In this document: positions 35,069 to 45,079 of the stretch, one piece after another
Position numbering within the stretch: the first letter of the stretch is position 1
How the letters are laid out: each line of letters begins with the position of its first letter
Source of the DNA: Candidatus Woesebacteria bacterium RIFCSPLOWO2_01_FULL_39_61
GTDB taxonomy: Bacteria; Patescibacteriota; Microgenomatia; UBA8517
DNA length: 64,000 nucleotides
NCBI GenBank assembly: GCA_001793155.1
Contig: MGHI01000020.1
Coordinates: forward strand, 9,898 to 73,897
Reading direction: 5' to 3'
Notes under the pieces: model-generated
What the model was told of the DNA's origin: nothing
The model's database searches: none
What the model saw: the letters and a program-made list of their open reading frames with translations, nothing else
Made by a program: the position numbers and the translations under genes

Positions 35069-36638
35069 GAAATTAATAAAACTCTGGCGGAAAGAAATAT
35101 TTTTTGGTATTGGAATTTTTTCGCTTGCACTTATTCTTCGCCTAGCAAAAGTACTTTTCGATCAGCAACCGATATTCGGGGACGAGGCAATTTATATCCG
35201 TTGGGCGCAAATTATGCGTGCCGAGCCGACATTGAGGTTTATTCCGCTATCCGACGGTAAACAGCCTCTCTACATGTGGGCGATTATACCTTTGCTTAAA
35301 TTAATTTCAAACCCTCTTTTTGCCGGAAGAATTATGTCAGTATTTACCGGAATGGGATCTTTAGTAGGGGTATTCGTTCTGACACAAATTCTTTTTCGCT
35401 CAACCAAAGCGTCTCTTTTGGCATCATTGGTTTATGCAATTTCGCCGTTTGTAGTCTTTTTTGACAGCATGGCGCTAGTCGACTCGATGCTGACAATGTT
35501 CGGAATTTGGACGCTGGTTTTTTCGGTACTAAGTGTTAAAGCATTACGCTTGGACTTTGCTATGATCGCCGGATTTTTCCTTGGTGGTGCTATGTTGACC
35601 AAGTCTCCGGCAGTATTTTTTAGCATCTTACTTCCCCTCGATCTTCTTTTCTTAAATTTAGCTAAGGATAAAGGCAAAAAAGCAATTATCTTGATTAAAT
35701 TCTTAATCTTATTAATGGTCACTTATTTGATTGCATTCGGTTTATATAATATCCTCCGCCTCGGCCCCAACTTTCATCTGATTGCGTTAAGAAACCAAGA
35801 CTATATTTTCCCTTTAAGTCATCTTTGGATAAATCCCAAAGATCCGTTTATTTTCCATATTAAAGAAATTTTCCAATGGCTTTGGATTTTAGGGCCATCG
35901 GTGCTGCCCCTTTTGGTAGCAATCGGAATTATATTGAGATTTAATAAATTCAAAAAAGAGATTTTTCTGCTTTCTTTCTGGATACTCTTACCACTTTTAG
36001 CCAATGCAATGTACGCCAAAGTTTTTACAGTACGCTACATTTTGTTTGTTCTGCCTTATCTTTTTATTTTTGTGGGGGTTTTATTTAAGAACGATCTGAA
36101 AAAATCTTTTATTACTCTTCTTTTGGCAATCTTTATAGTTCACGCTCTAATAATAGATTTAACCTTGATAACAAAAATTGAAGCAGCCCCTTTGCCCAGA
36201 AACGAAAGAAGCGGATACCTGGAAGAGTGGACGGCGGGCTATGGTATAAAGGAAACTGCCAAATATCTTGAGGAATATCACAAAGATAATCCCGACAAAA
36301 AAATAGTTGTCGGAACCGAAGGGTATTTTGGAACGTTACCCGATGGGCTTCAGATGTACTTAAGTCGTTTTCCTGAAATTACGGTAATAGGTGTGGGATT
36401 GGATTTGAACCAATTACCTTCCAGTCTAATCGAATCCAAAAAGGCGGGAAATAGCACATTTCTGGTTATAAACGATTCGAGACTTAGGGTGAACTACGAA
36501 GATTTGGATTTGAAAGTCGTCGCAGCTTATCCCAAAGCCTTTAGGAAAGTGGGTACCAAAGAGTATAATACACTCGGTCCCAGAGAAACGCTTTATCTTT
36601 TCGAAGTAATTGGAGATAAAAATACCGATAAAAAATGA
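35058..36638 (+). CDS. GT-C glycosyltransferase (PMT_2-like)
   Basis: PIFGDEAIYIRWA, DGKQPL, ALVDS, LTKS, RYIL; C-terminal soluble domain. Confidence 0.85.
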   Translation: MDLKKLIKLWRKEIFFGIGIFSLALILRLAKVLFDQQPIFGDEAIYIRWAQIMRAEPTLRFIPLSDGKQPLYMWAIIPLLKLISNPLFAGRIMSVFTGMGSLVGVFVLTQILFRSTKASLLASLVYAISPFVVFFDSMALVDSMLTMFGIWTLVFSVLSVKALRLDFAMIAGFFLGGAMLTKSPAVFFSILLPLDLLFLNLAKDKGKKAIILIKFLILLMVTYLIAFGLYNILRLGPNFHLIALRNQDYIFPLSHLWINPKDPFIFHIKEIFQWLWILGPSVLPLLVAIGIILRFNKFKKEIFLLSFWILLPLLANAMYAKVFTVRYILFVLPYLFIFVGVLFKNDLKKSFITLLLAIFIVHALIIDLTLITKIEAAPLPRNERSGYLEEWTAGYGIKETAKYLEEYHKDNPDKKIVVGTEGYFGTLPDGLQMYLSRFPEITVIGVGLDLNQLPSSLIESKKAGNSTFLVINDSRLRVNYEDLDLKVVAAYPKAFRKVGTKEYNTLGPRETLYLFEVIGDKNTDKK

Positions 36639-37885
36639 TTAAACACAGAATCATATATAACGATGCCTCGGACTGGTTATTCGATATAGTGAAAGCTAGT
36701 GGGGTTTACATCTGGGCCAAAAAAGGAGAAAAACTTCTGGATTTTACTTCCGGTTGGAATGTAACAAATTTGGGTTGGAACAATAACGAAATTGCTGAAG
36801 CTATGATTAAACAAATTAATGACAACGTCTATGCACCTATGGAAACTGCCGAAAATATACAATTACAGCTGGCGGAGTTGTTGACTGATAATCTACCAAA
36901 AGAATTAGACGCAGTGGGTAGAACAACAGGAGGAATGGAAGCAAATGAGGAAGCTATTAAAACGGCACGTGCATACACTAAAAGATCAAAGATTTTAGGT
37001 TTTCGTCACGCATATCATGGTCAATCTTTAACAATGATGTCAATAATTTTAGATGATAACGAAATGAGAGCTGTCGGGTCTCGTTTTGGAGAAATGTTAA
37101 AAATGGAGTTCCCCGCAACATACAAGTCAAATATGAAAGAAGATAATCTGTTAAAATATTTCGAAAGTAATCTGGAGGAAATATTGAATAAAGAGGATGT
37201 TGCCGCTTTGATAACAGAAGCGGGGATAATTACCGGTTGGGGATCTACATATGTGGCTCCAAAAGGATATTTAAAATTAGTTAGAAATTTAACGAGAAAA
37301 TATAATACATTATTGATTTTAGATGAAGTGGGCACAGGATTTTCAAGATGTGGCGAGTTATTTGGAATGAATATCGAAGATGTTGTGCCTGATATAGCAA
37401 CTTTTGCGAAAGGTTTTTCTAATGGCGCATCAGCTATAGGGGCAATGGTGACGACGAATAAAATAGCAGATAAAACATGGCCTTATACCAACTTGCAATC
37501 AACGTTTGGTTGGAACCTGGTTGGCTGTGCGGCTGCCAAAAAAAATTTGGAAATTCACTTAAGGGATAATATTTGGCAAAAATCAAAATCTGATGGCGAA
37601 TATGTGAGAGATGTTCTAATCAGCGAAATCATGAAGTTGGAATACATCGGTGATGTTAGAGGTTTTGGGATGGAAATCGGAATTAGCTTTGTAAAAAACA
37701 AAGAAACCAAAGAAGCCGATATTGATTTAGCTCGGAAAGTAATGTATGAATGTAGAAAAAGGGGATTGTATATTCTTTATGGCGATGATGGAAATATTCA
37801 ACTAATGCCACCCTTAATTATAAAACGACAAGATTTAGATTACGGTTTGAATATATTAATAGATACGGTAAAAACATTAAATTGA
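36635..37885 (+). CDS. class III aminotransferase (PLP-dependent)
   Basis: LLDFTSG, GMEANEEAIK, AYHG, LILDEVGTG, TFAKG (PLP Lys), STFG, VRGFGMEIG, PPL. Confidence 0.93.
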   Translation: MIKHRIIYNDASDWLFDIVKASGVYIWAKKGEKLLDFTSGWNVTNLGWNNNEIAEAMIKQINDNVYAPMETAENIQLQLAELLTDNLPKELDAVGRTTGGMEANEEAIKTARAYTKRSKILGFRHAYHGQSLTMMSIILDDNEMRAVGSRFGEMLKMEFPATYKSNMKEDNLLKYFESNLEEILNKEDVAALITEAGIITGWGSTYVAPKGYLKLVRNLTRKYNTLLILDEVGTGFSRCGELFGMNIEDVVPDIATFAKGFSNGASAIGAMVTTNKIADKTWPYTNLQSTFGWNLVGCAAAKKNLEIHLRDNIWQKSKSDGEYVRDVLISEIMKLEYIGDVRGFGMEIGISFVKNKETKEADIDLARKVMYECRKRGLYILYGDDGNIQLMPPLIIKRQDLDYGLNILIDTVKTLN

Positions 37886-38041
37886 TTACACACTTATTTA
37901 ATATTTATTTAATTCCCACATCACTTTTTTCTCCCACACTCCATCTCTTGTGAAATAAATTTATTGCTTAAAAATTCTTAAGGTAGCATGCAATATTCAT
38001 AAATTAGCTTCTGCGATTTTTTTTGTGCTAATATCAGTGGA

Positions 38042-39316
38042 ATGGTAATCGGTATGTTTAGAAAATGGTGGTTTAAATGGCTCGTCGTCGGAATTTTAAT
38101 AAGACTAATTTTGATGCCGATCACTGTTCATCCCGATCTTTGGGTATTTACTTCAGCAGGTTATTTTTCAGCCTACGAGGGACGCCTGAGTATTTACGAG
38201 GATCTTGCTAATTTAAGTACCAACGAGCCGAACCATCCGTTAATAAAGATTGCGGGTAATATTAACGACTATTTTATATATCCGCCATTAGCCTATTTTA
38301 CTTTCGGTACCTTCCAAACTTTCCTGAAGCCGTTATTGGACCCTAATTTTATTCCCCAATACTGGAGTAATCCGGATTCTGTTTTTACCAATCCGTCCCT
38401 GCCCTGGCATTTGTTTTTATACAAACTTCCCTCACTTTTTATAGATATAGCTACAGCATTTTTATTAGCTGGTCTTTTTGAGAAACAATCAAGAAAAAAG
38501 TTAGCTTTTATTTTTTGGATGTTTAACCCGCTGACTGTTTACTCGACTTTTATGATGGGACAATTCGATATAATTCCGGTTTTATTTACTGTATTTGCTC
38601 TCGCTTTAGCCAAAAAGAAAAATTACTTTTGGGCGATATTATCACTGGGAGTCGCAGGAAGCTTTAAAATATATCCTCTTTTATTAATTCCGCCAATAGC
38701 TTTTTTGTCCGATAAGGATTTGTGGTCACGACTAAAATATCTGGTACTGGGATTTTTGCCTTTTTTAATAACAATCGCCTCATATATTTCCTCACCTGCC
38801 TTTAGACAGATGGTTTTATTTTCTTCCAAGAATCAAAAGATGCTCTTTTTGGGATTGCCTGTGTCGGGTGCAGAAGTTCTTTATCCATTTCTGATCATTT
38901 TGTTTTTAATATACTTTCACTCTCTTTATTCGAAGAAAACATTTGAATTATATGAATACTTTTTGATCATTCTTCTGACTATGTTTTCCGTTTCGAATTA
39001 CCACCCACAATGGTTTTTGTGGATCACTCCCTTCTTAATAATTTACTTAATAAAATATAATTTTAAATACGCTCTTTTGGTAGTGTCCTTATTCGGAGTC
39101 TGGTTAGTTTTAACACTTTTATTTGAAAGTTCACTTTCATACGGTCTTTTTAATCCGATATTCCCTAAATTAAAAGACGCAAAGAGTTTTGCCGATGTAT
39201 TTATTTCGTCTGATTTACTTTTTAAATTTAAAAGTATTATCAGAAGTATTTTTGCGGCCGTATCAATTTATATTTTTATATCCATCAATCAAAAGGAAGG
39301 AAACTATACCTCCTAA
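38042..39316 (+). CDS. GT-C membrane glycosyltransferase (GT87/PIG-M-like)
   Basis: HPDL, YPPLAY, KLP, FNPL, GQFDIIP, K.YP, HPQWFLW. Confidence 0.75.
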   Translation: MVIGMFRKWWFKWLVVGILIRLILMPITVHPDLWVFTSAGYFSAYEGRLSIYEDLANLSTNEPNHPLIKIAGNINDYFIYPPLAYFTFGTFQTFLKPLLDPNFIPQYWSNPDSVFTNPSLPWHLFLYKLPSLFIDIATAFLLAGLFEKQSRKKLAFIFWMFNPLTVYSTFMMGQFDIIPVLFTVFALALAKKKNYFWAILSLGVAGSFKIYPLLLIPPIAFLSDKDLWSRLKYLVLGFLPFLITIASYISSPAFRQMVLFSSKNQKMLFLGLPVSGAEVLYPFLIILFLIYFHSLYSKKTFELYEYFLIILLTMFSVSNYHPQWFLWITPFLIIYLIKYNFKYALLVVSLFGVWLVLTLLFESSLSYGLFNPIFPKLKDAKSFADVFISSDLLFKFKSIIRSIFAAVSIYIFISINQKEGNYTS

Positions 39317-39362
39317 AGTATTTCCAATCACCGAACTATTTAGGTAGAATATTGAAGTAGTT

Positions 39363-40091
39363 ATGGCAAAAAATCCGGATTTGAGTATAGTTATTCCCGC
39401 TTACAATGAAGAAAAGATTATTCAAAGTACTATAGCAAAAGTTATTTCCTATTTGAAGCGAAAAAGATTCGACTGGGAAATAATAGTTGGTGACGACGGA
39501 AGTAAGGATAGAACTTCCAAGATTGTTGGTAGTGTAAAAGACAAGAAGGTACGATTGGTCAGGCTGGTAAAAAACAGAGGCAAAGGCGCCGCATTGCGAG
39601 AAGGAATTTTAAACGCAACAGGAAAGTATATTATATTTATGGATGCAGATTTATCTGTTCCTCTTGAAAATATAGAAATATTTTTTAACACTCTCAATAA
39701 AGGAGCGGACTTGGCCATCGCCTCGAGGAGGGTTAAAGGTGCAAAGATTTTAATACACCAGCCTTGGTATAGGGAGACAATGGGAAGGGTATTTACTTTG
39801 TTAACACAATTGGTTACCGGGACCGATGTTGCGGATTTTACCTGCGGATTTAAGGGTTTCAAAAAAGAATCTGCCAAAAAAATTTTCCGCGCATCTTTAA
39901 TCGACCGCTGGGCATATGATGCCGAGATTATTTTTTTGGCAAAAAAGTTTGGTTTAAAGATTAGGGAAATTCCGATTGTTTGGAAAAATAGGGAAGACAC
40001 CAGGGTTCGGTTGAAAAGCGTGGTTTTGGAGACATTCCGAGACCTTCTTAAGATAAGGTGGAACGATTTATCGGGCAAGTATGAAAATTAG
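39363..40091 (+). CDS. dolichyl/polyprenol-phosphate glucosyltransferase-like GT2
   Basis: VIPAYNEE, DDGSKD, NRGKGAA, FMDADLS, DFTCGFK, RWAYDAE, EIPIVW. Confidence 0.92.
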   Translation: MAKNPDLSIVIPAYNEEKIIQSTIAKVISYLKRKRFDWEIIVGDDGSKDRTSKIVGSVKDKKVRLVRLVKNRGKGAALREGILNATGKYIIFMDADLSVPLENIEIFFNTLNKGADLAIASRRVKGAKILIHQPWYRETMGRVFTLLTQLVTGTDVADFTCGFKGFKKESAKKIFRASLIDRWAYDAEIIFLAKKFGLKIREIPIVWKNREDTRVRLKSVVLETFRDLLKIRWNDLSGKYEN

Positions 40092-41763
40092 ATTATTTTC
40101 CAAAGATAGATTTTTAGTACTCCTTCTTTTGATATTAGCTGTACCAACTTTTTCCTCTTTGCTCCGGCCGGGATTTTTCCCGATGCACGACGATATGCAG
40201 GCAATGAGACTTCTTCAGATCGATAAGTGCGTAAAAGATCTACAAATTCCATGCCGTTGGGTGCCGGATATGGGCTACGGTTACGGATACCCGCAGTTTA
40301 ATTTTTACGCACCAATGCCGTACTACATCATGGAAGCATTTCACTTGGTTGGACTAGGATTTTTGGATAGCGTGAAGGCAGGATTTATTGCAAGCACGAT
40401 TTTTGCGCTAGTAGGCATGTATCTCTTGGGTAGATTTTTATGGGGGAAGATGGGGGGGGCGGTAAGCTCTTTTCTATATATTTATGCACCGTACAGAGCA
40501 GTCGATTTTTATGTTAGGGGAGCGGTGGGGGAGCTTTGGGCATTAGCGTTTCTACCGTTTATTTTTTTATATTCTGCGAAAAGTCTAGAGGATGGAAAAA
40601 AATATAAAGTTTTATTTGCATTATCACTCGCCTCTCTCCTAACGTCGCACAATATTAGTGCTTTAATTTTTATTCCGATACTTCTTCTTTGGTTTATTTT
40701 TCTACTTTGGTATAAAAAAGACTCTACTTCTCTGAAACTAAAAGCAAAGGGTTTTAATTTTTTTACAGGGCTTTTTTGGGGGTTTGCAATTTCTGCCTTT
40801 TTCGTAATTCCAGCTTGGTTTGAAAAAAATTTTGTTCATATAGAATCACTTTTAGGTGGGTACTTTAACTATATAAACCATTTTGTCGGAGTCAGGCAGC
40901 TTCTTTTTGAAAACCAATGGGGTTATGGGACTAGTGAAGTTGGTCCATACGACGATATCCTGCTTTCCGTCGGACTAATACAATGGCTTTTACCTTTGGT
41001 TGTCTTAATTTTGCTTTTGATTCTTAAAAGGAAAAAGAGTTTTTTTCTCGTTTTATTTTTTACGTTGTTGGGATGGATAGCTCTTTTTATGGCGCACTCC
41101 CGCTCAAGTTTTATCTGGGATAAATTGTACTTTTTAGCTATCCTGCAATTTCCCTGGAGATTTTTAATAATTGCGACTTTTCTTTTTTCACTGGCTTCTG
41201 GAAGTGTATCGCTTTTATTTAAAAAAGTAACGGCAGGATACAAATTAACCTTTATTTTATTGATAGTTATCGGTTTTATGCTGTATCGGAGTAATTTTGT
41301 TCCAAGGATTTGGATTGACATTTCCGACTCCGAAAAATTTTCCGGCGATTCCTGGCAAAGGCAGCAGACAATAAGTATATTTGATTATCTGCCGATTTAT
41401 GCAGAAAAACCTCCGGGGAGTGCGGCACCCAATAAACCGGTGGCAATTGAAGGCAGGGTAGGATCGATTGAAGGACAAAAGGGAACTGATTGGCAGATAT
41501 GGAATGTAGAAATTGAGAGTGAAACTGCGATACTGCAACTACCTTTGTATTATTTTCCTAACTGGGAAGTTTTTGTTAACGGAGTTAAAACTCCAATTAA
41601 CTACACTAACAAACTTGGTTTAATAACTTTTTTCCTAAATCAGGGGAGTCATGAAGTCAAGGCAGAGTTAAGAAATACTCCGGTTAGGGTAGCAGGGAAT
41701 ACCATAAGCATAGCAGGGGTTATAGCAGTACCAATTTACCTTAAAAAGAAGAAGAAAACATGA
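40081..41763 (+). CDS. GT-C membrane protein (PTPS-related/YfhO-like), family C
   Basis: MHDD, PCRWVPD, GYGYPQFNFY, APYRAVD.YVRG..GE, SHN, QFPWRF, YFPNW. Confidence 0.8.
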   Translation: MKIRLFSKDRFLVLLLLILAVPTFSSLLRPGFFPMHDDMQAMRLLQIDKCVKDLQIPCRWVPDMGYGYGYPQFNFYAPMPYYIMEAFHLVGLGFLDSVKAGFIASTIFALVGMYLLGRFLWGKMGGAVSSFLYIYAPYRAVDFYVRGAVGELWALAFLPFIFLYSAKSLEDGKKYKVLFALSLASLLTSHNISALIFIPILLLWFIFLLWYKKDSTSLKLKAKGFNFFTGLFWGFAISAFFVIPAWFEKNFVHIESLLGGYFNYINHFVGVRQLLFENQWGYGTSEVGPYDDILLSVGLIQWLLPLVVLILLLILKRKKSFFLVLFFTLLGWIALFMAHSRSSFIWDKLYFLAILQFPWRFLIIATFLFSLASGSVSLLFKKVTAGYKLTFILLIVIGFMLYRSNFVPRIWIDISDSEKFSGDSWQRQQTISIFDYLPIYAEKPPGSAAPNKPVAIEGRVGSIEGQKGTDWQIWNVEIESETAILQLPLYYFPNWEVFVNGVKTPINYTNKLGLITFFLNQGSHEVKAELRNTPVRVAGNTISIAGVIAVPIYLKKKKKT

Positions 41764-43424
41764 AAGACAAAATTGTGATTTTAATACTATTATTAGTTAT
41801 TTTACCGTCGAGCTTTTACCTTTTAGGCCGTGGATATTTCAATATGCACGATGATCTTCAGGTAATGAGGGTTTATCAAATGGATAAATGTTTTGCCGAC
41901 GGACAAATTCCCTGCCGCTGGTCCCCGGATATGGTTTACGGATACGGTCAAGCGATGTTTAATTTCTATAGCGCATTTCCTTATTATCTTGGAGCACTGA
42001 TCAGACTCGCAACTCCCCTTTCGATTATGGCAACGGTAAAGACCCTTTTTCTTATCTCACTAGTTCTATCTGCAATCGGGATGTATTTGCTTGCCAAAGA
42101 ATTTTGGGGAAAACTCGGAGGAATCCTTTCGGCGGTCTTATATTCCTATGCCCCTTATCACGCACTGGACATCTTTGTGAGAGGTGCTTTGTCAGAGAGC
42201 TTTGCCTTAAGCATCCTGCCTTTTTTGTGGCTTTCATTTTATCGGTTAGTGAAAAATCCAGGATATAAATATTTAGCTACTACTTCCATAGCCCTTTTTT
42301 TTCTATTGACGACCCATAATATTTCCAGTCTTATTTATGCTCCTTTTACAATCTTGTGGGTTTCGTTTTGGATAATAACCAGTAAAAATTGGAAAAGCGT
42401 CAAGTATATTTTTTTGTCGGGAATGTTGGGAGTCGGACTTTCTTCGTTTTTCCTTTTGCCTGCGATTTTTGAACAGTCTTTAATTCAAACGGAGTATTTG
42501 ACCAGTGAGTATTCGGATTATCACGCCCACTTCGTTTCTTTAAAACAGCTGTTTCTTCAAAGAAGTTGGGGTTTCGGACCATCTATTTTCGGTCCATATG
42601 ATGATCTGTCTTTTCAAATCGGCTGGCCACATTGGTGGTTAGCAGTGCTAACATCTTTCATCGCATTTTTCTGGATTTACAAAAGAAGATTTCTCCAAGC
42701 TCTGATAGTTTTCGGGCTACTATCGTTTTTTCTTTTATCTGCATTTTTGACTCACCCACGCTCTTTCTTTATTTGGGACGCTTTGCCACTACTGAAATTT
42801 GTTCAGTTTCCATGGAGATTTTTGAGTCTTGTCATTTTCTTTCTATCGTTCGCCTGCGGAACCTTAGCCAGACCAAACTGGTTTTTTAGAAAGGGTTTAA
42901 TTATTTTCATAATAATATTAACAATAGGATTAAATTTAAAATTCTTTAAACCTTTTAATTTTTCGAGAGGAGCAAAAGATGTAGATAAGTTAACCGGAAT
43001 TGGTTATGAGCTCCAGGAGAAAGCCGCGATTTTAGATTATTTGCCCAAAACCGCTAAGACCGCTCCTCCGGCATCCGCGCCTACAACACCCAAGCTTGTT
43101 TCCGGAGAAGGGATTATTAGCGGTTTCACAAAACAGACCAATAGGTTTAGTTTTGACGCCGATATTTATCAGGATGCGGAAGCAGTGATTCCTGTGATGT
43201 ATTTTCCCGGTTGGATTACCATTCTTGATAACGAGAGGGTGAGTAGCGGGACATATGGGGCTCATGGAGTTATTAGCGTCAAAATTCCAAAAGGAAAGCA
43301 TATCATAAGAGGTAGGTTTATTAATACCCCCATACGTTCTTTTGCCAATTCCATAACTGTTTTTTCCTTAGTATTACTTTTGTCCGGGATGATTCTTCGG
43401 GATAATCGCAAACTTAAAATATGA
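41760..43424 (+). CDS. GT-C membrane protein (PTPS-related/YfhO-like), family C
   Basis: MHDD, PCRWSPD, FNFY, APYHALD.FVRG..SE, THN, QFPWRF, YFPGW. Confidence 0.8.
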   Translation: MKDKIVILILLLVILPSSFYLLGRGYFNMHDDLQVMRVYQMDKCFADGQIPCRWSPDMVYGYGQAMFNFYSAFPYYLGALIRLATPLSIMATVKTLFLISLVLSAIGMYLLAKEFWGKLGGILSAVLYSYAPYHALDIFVRGALSESFALSILPFLWLSFYRLVKNPGYKYLATTSIALFFLLTTHNISSLIYAPFTILWVSFWIITSKNWKSVKYIFLSGMLGVGLSSFFLLPAIFEQSLIQTEYLTSEYSDYHAHFVSLKQLFLQRSWGFGPSIFGPYDDLSFQIGWPHWWLAVLTSFIAFFWIYKRRFLQALIVFGLLSFFLLSAFLTHPRSFFIWDALPLLKFVQFPWRFLSLVIFFLSFACGTLARPNWFFRKGLIIFIIILTIGLNLKFFKPFNFSRGAKDVDKLTGIGYELQEKAAILDYLPKTAKTAPPASAPTTPKLVSGEGIISGFTKQTNRFSFDADIYQDAEAVIPVMYFPGWITILDNERVSSGTYGAHGVISVKIPKGKHIIRGRFINTPIRSFANSITVFSLVLLLSGMILRDNRKLKI

Positions 43425-45079
43425 AACAGTATTTCAGAACTTATTTATTTCAGATTTTACTTTTAGTCTTTTCAGTTCCGGCTCTTTATTACTTAATAAC
43501 TCCGGGATTCTACGAACCACACGATTTGCATCATCTTGCCGATATATACCAAATGGCGAGAGCAATCACTTCGAGTCAATTCCCGCCGCGCCTTGGCCCT
43601 GATTTTACCTTCGGATTCAGTTATCCCCTTTTCAATTTTTACTACGTACTTCCTTTCTATATTGGCAGTTTGTTTTATTTTCTTTTCGGAAGTCTGACGG
43701 CTAGCTTAAAATCCGTTTTTTTACTATCCTGCCTTCTATCGGTATTCGGAATGTATCTTTTTCTAAAGGAGTTTGTAGGAAAAGTAGCGAGTTTAGCGGG
43801 AGCCGTGCTTTTTTTGTACACTCCCTACAGGGCTGTACAACTCTACGTCCGAGGTGCAATCGGCGAAGCTTTGGCGTTGGCACTCCTTCCATATGTGGCA
43901 CTTTTTATTATTAAAGTCCTAAAAAGACCAAAGCCTATTTATATTTTTTGCTCCGCCATAATGTTTTCTTCATTTATTCTTTCTCATAACTACTTCTTTG
44001 CATTAAGTACGCCATTTTTAATATTTTTATTTTTACTAATTTTTCCAGAGTCAGAAGATAAAAAAAACGCGGTGTCGGGATTGATAATTGCTGCAGTATT
44101 ATCAATAGGCCTGACGGCATACTGGTGGTTGCCGGCCTTAATTGAGCAAGGTCTTGTTGCCTCGATAACCCCCTTTCCGTTAGTAGATCATTTCCCTTTT
44201 ATTAAACAGTTAATACTCCCCAGTTGGGGATACGGAAGCAGCGTTTGGGGACCCGACGATCAGATTTCTTTTCAAATCGGTATTGTGAATCTTTTGGCGG
44301 TACTTGCATCGGTCGTCATTTTTATTTTTAAAAGAAGTTTGTTTAAAAATTCCAGAGTTTTTATTTGGGCAATCGGAGGATTTTTTATAAGTATTTTTTT
44401 TATGAATATACGCTCGCTGCCTATTTGGAAGATGTTGCCTTTCTATAATTTTATCCAATTTCCCTGGAGGCTTTTAAGTTTTACTGCATTTTTTTCTTCA
44501 ATACTTTTAGCTTTGGTCATAGAGGCACTACCAAAAGCTAGAAAAGTTTTGTTTACTACTCTTACTTTGGCGATGGCGACCCTTTTGACTTACGGTTATT
44601 TCCGACCGAGTAAAATTGTTTACAAAAGTGATTCCGACTACTTAAATTATTTTTTCAGTGACCCGACTTATAGCGAAGATTATTTGCTACTGCCCAAATG
44701 GGTTGGTGTCAGGCCGACAAAAAAGCCCGATCACAAAGTAGAAGTTGAAAACGGAACTGTAGAAGAAATTAAAGAAATCACTCCAATTAAATGGTCCTCG
44801 AGAGTTTCATTGGATCAAAATTCAAAAGTTAAATTTAACACATATTATTTTCCAGGCTGGACGGCTTCGGTTGACGGGACCGCGGTGCAAATTACTTCCG
44901 GAGAACCTTACGGGCAGATTGAATTAAGTGTTTCTGAAGGTAAACACACGCTTGAATTTATATGGAAAGAGACGAAACTAAGAAGGGCAGCAGATATTAT
45001 AAGCTTTATTTCTCTGGTCGCGACCTTTTTATTACTGACGGAAAAAGGAAAGGCCGTGTTCAGAAGATCATATGTTTAA
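43421..45079 (+). CDS. GT-C membrane protein (PTPS-related/YfhO-like), family C
   Basis: PHDL, PPRLGPD, YPLFNFY, TPYRAVQ.YVRG..GE, SHN, QFPWR, YFPGW. Confidence 0.8.
   Translation: MKQYFRTYLFQILLLVFSVPALYYLITPGFYEPHDLHHLADIYQMARAITSSQFPPRLGPDFTFGFSYPLFNFYYVLPFYIGSLFYFLFGSLTASLKSVFLLSCLLSVFGMYLFLKEFVGKVASLAGAVLFLYTPYRAVQLYVRGAIGEALALALLPYVALFIIKVLKRPKPIYIFCSAIMFSSFILSHNYFFALSTPFLIFLFLLIFPESEDKKNAVSGLIIAAVLSIGLTAYWWLPALIEQGLVASITPFPLVDHFPFIKQLILPSWGYGSSVWGPDDQISFQIGIVNLLAVLASVVIFIFKRSLFKNSRVFIWAIGGFFISIFFMNIRSLPIWKMLPFYNFIQFPWRLLSFTAFFSSILLALVIEALPKARKVLFTTLTLAMATLLTYGYFRPSKIVYKSDSDYLNYFFSDPTYSEDYLLLPKWVGVRPTKKPDHKVEVENGTVEEIKEITPIKWSSRVSLDQNSKVKFNTYYFPGWTASVDGTAVQITSGEPYGQIELSVSEGKHTLEFIWKETKLRRAADIISFISLVATFLLLTEKGKAVFRRSYV

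Noticed and set aside
37886..38041. 156-bp intergenic region as possible sRNA or gene remnant
   Set aside because: No convincing hairpin or ORF; only a probable -10 element near its 3' end.
39449..40078. 209-aa antisense ORF, and the many other 60-135 aa antisense or alternate-frame ORFs in the track
   Set aside because: They lie inside well-supported genes and show no recognisable motifs; they are best explained as shadow ORFs.
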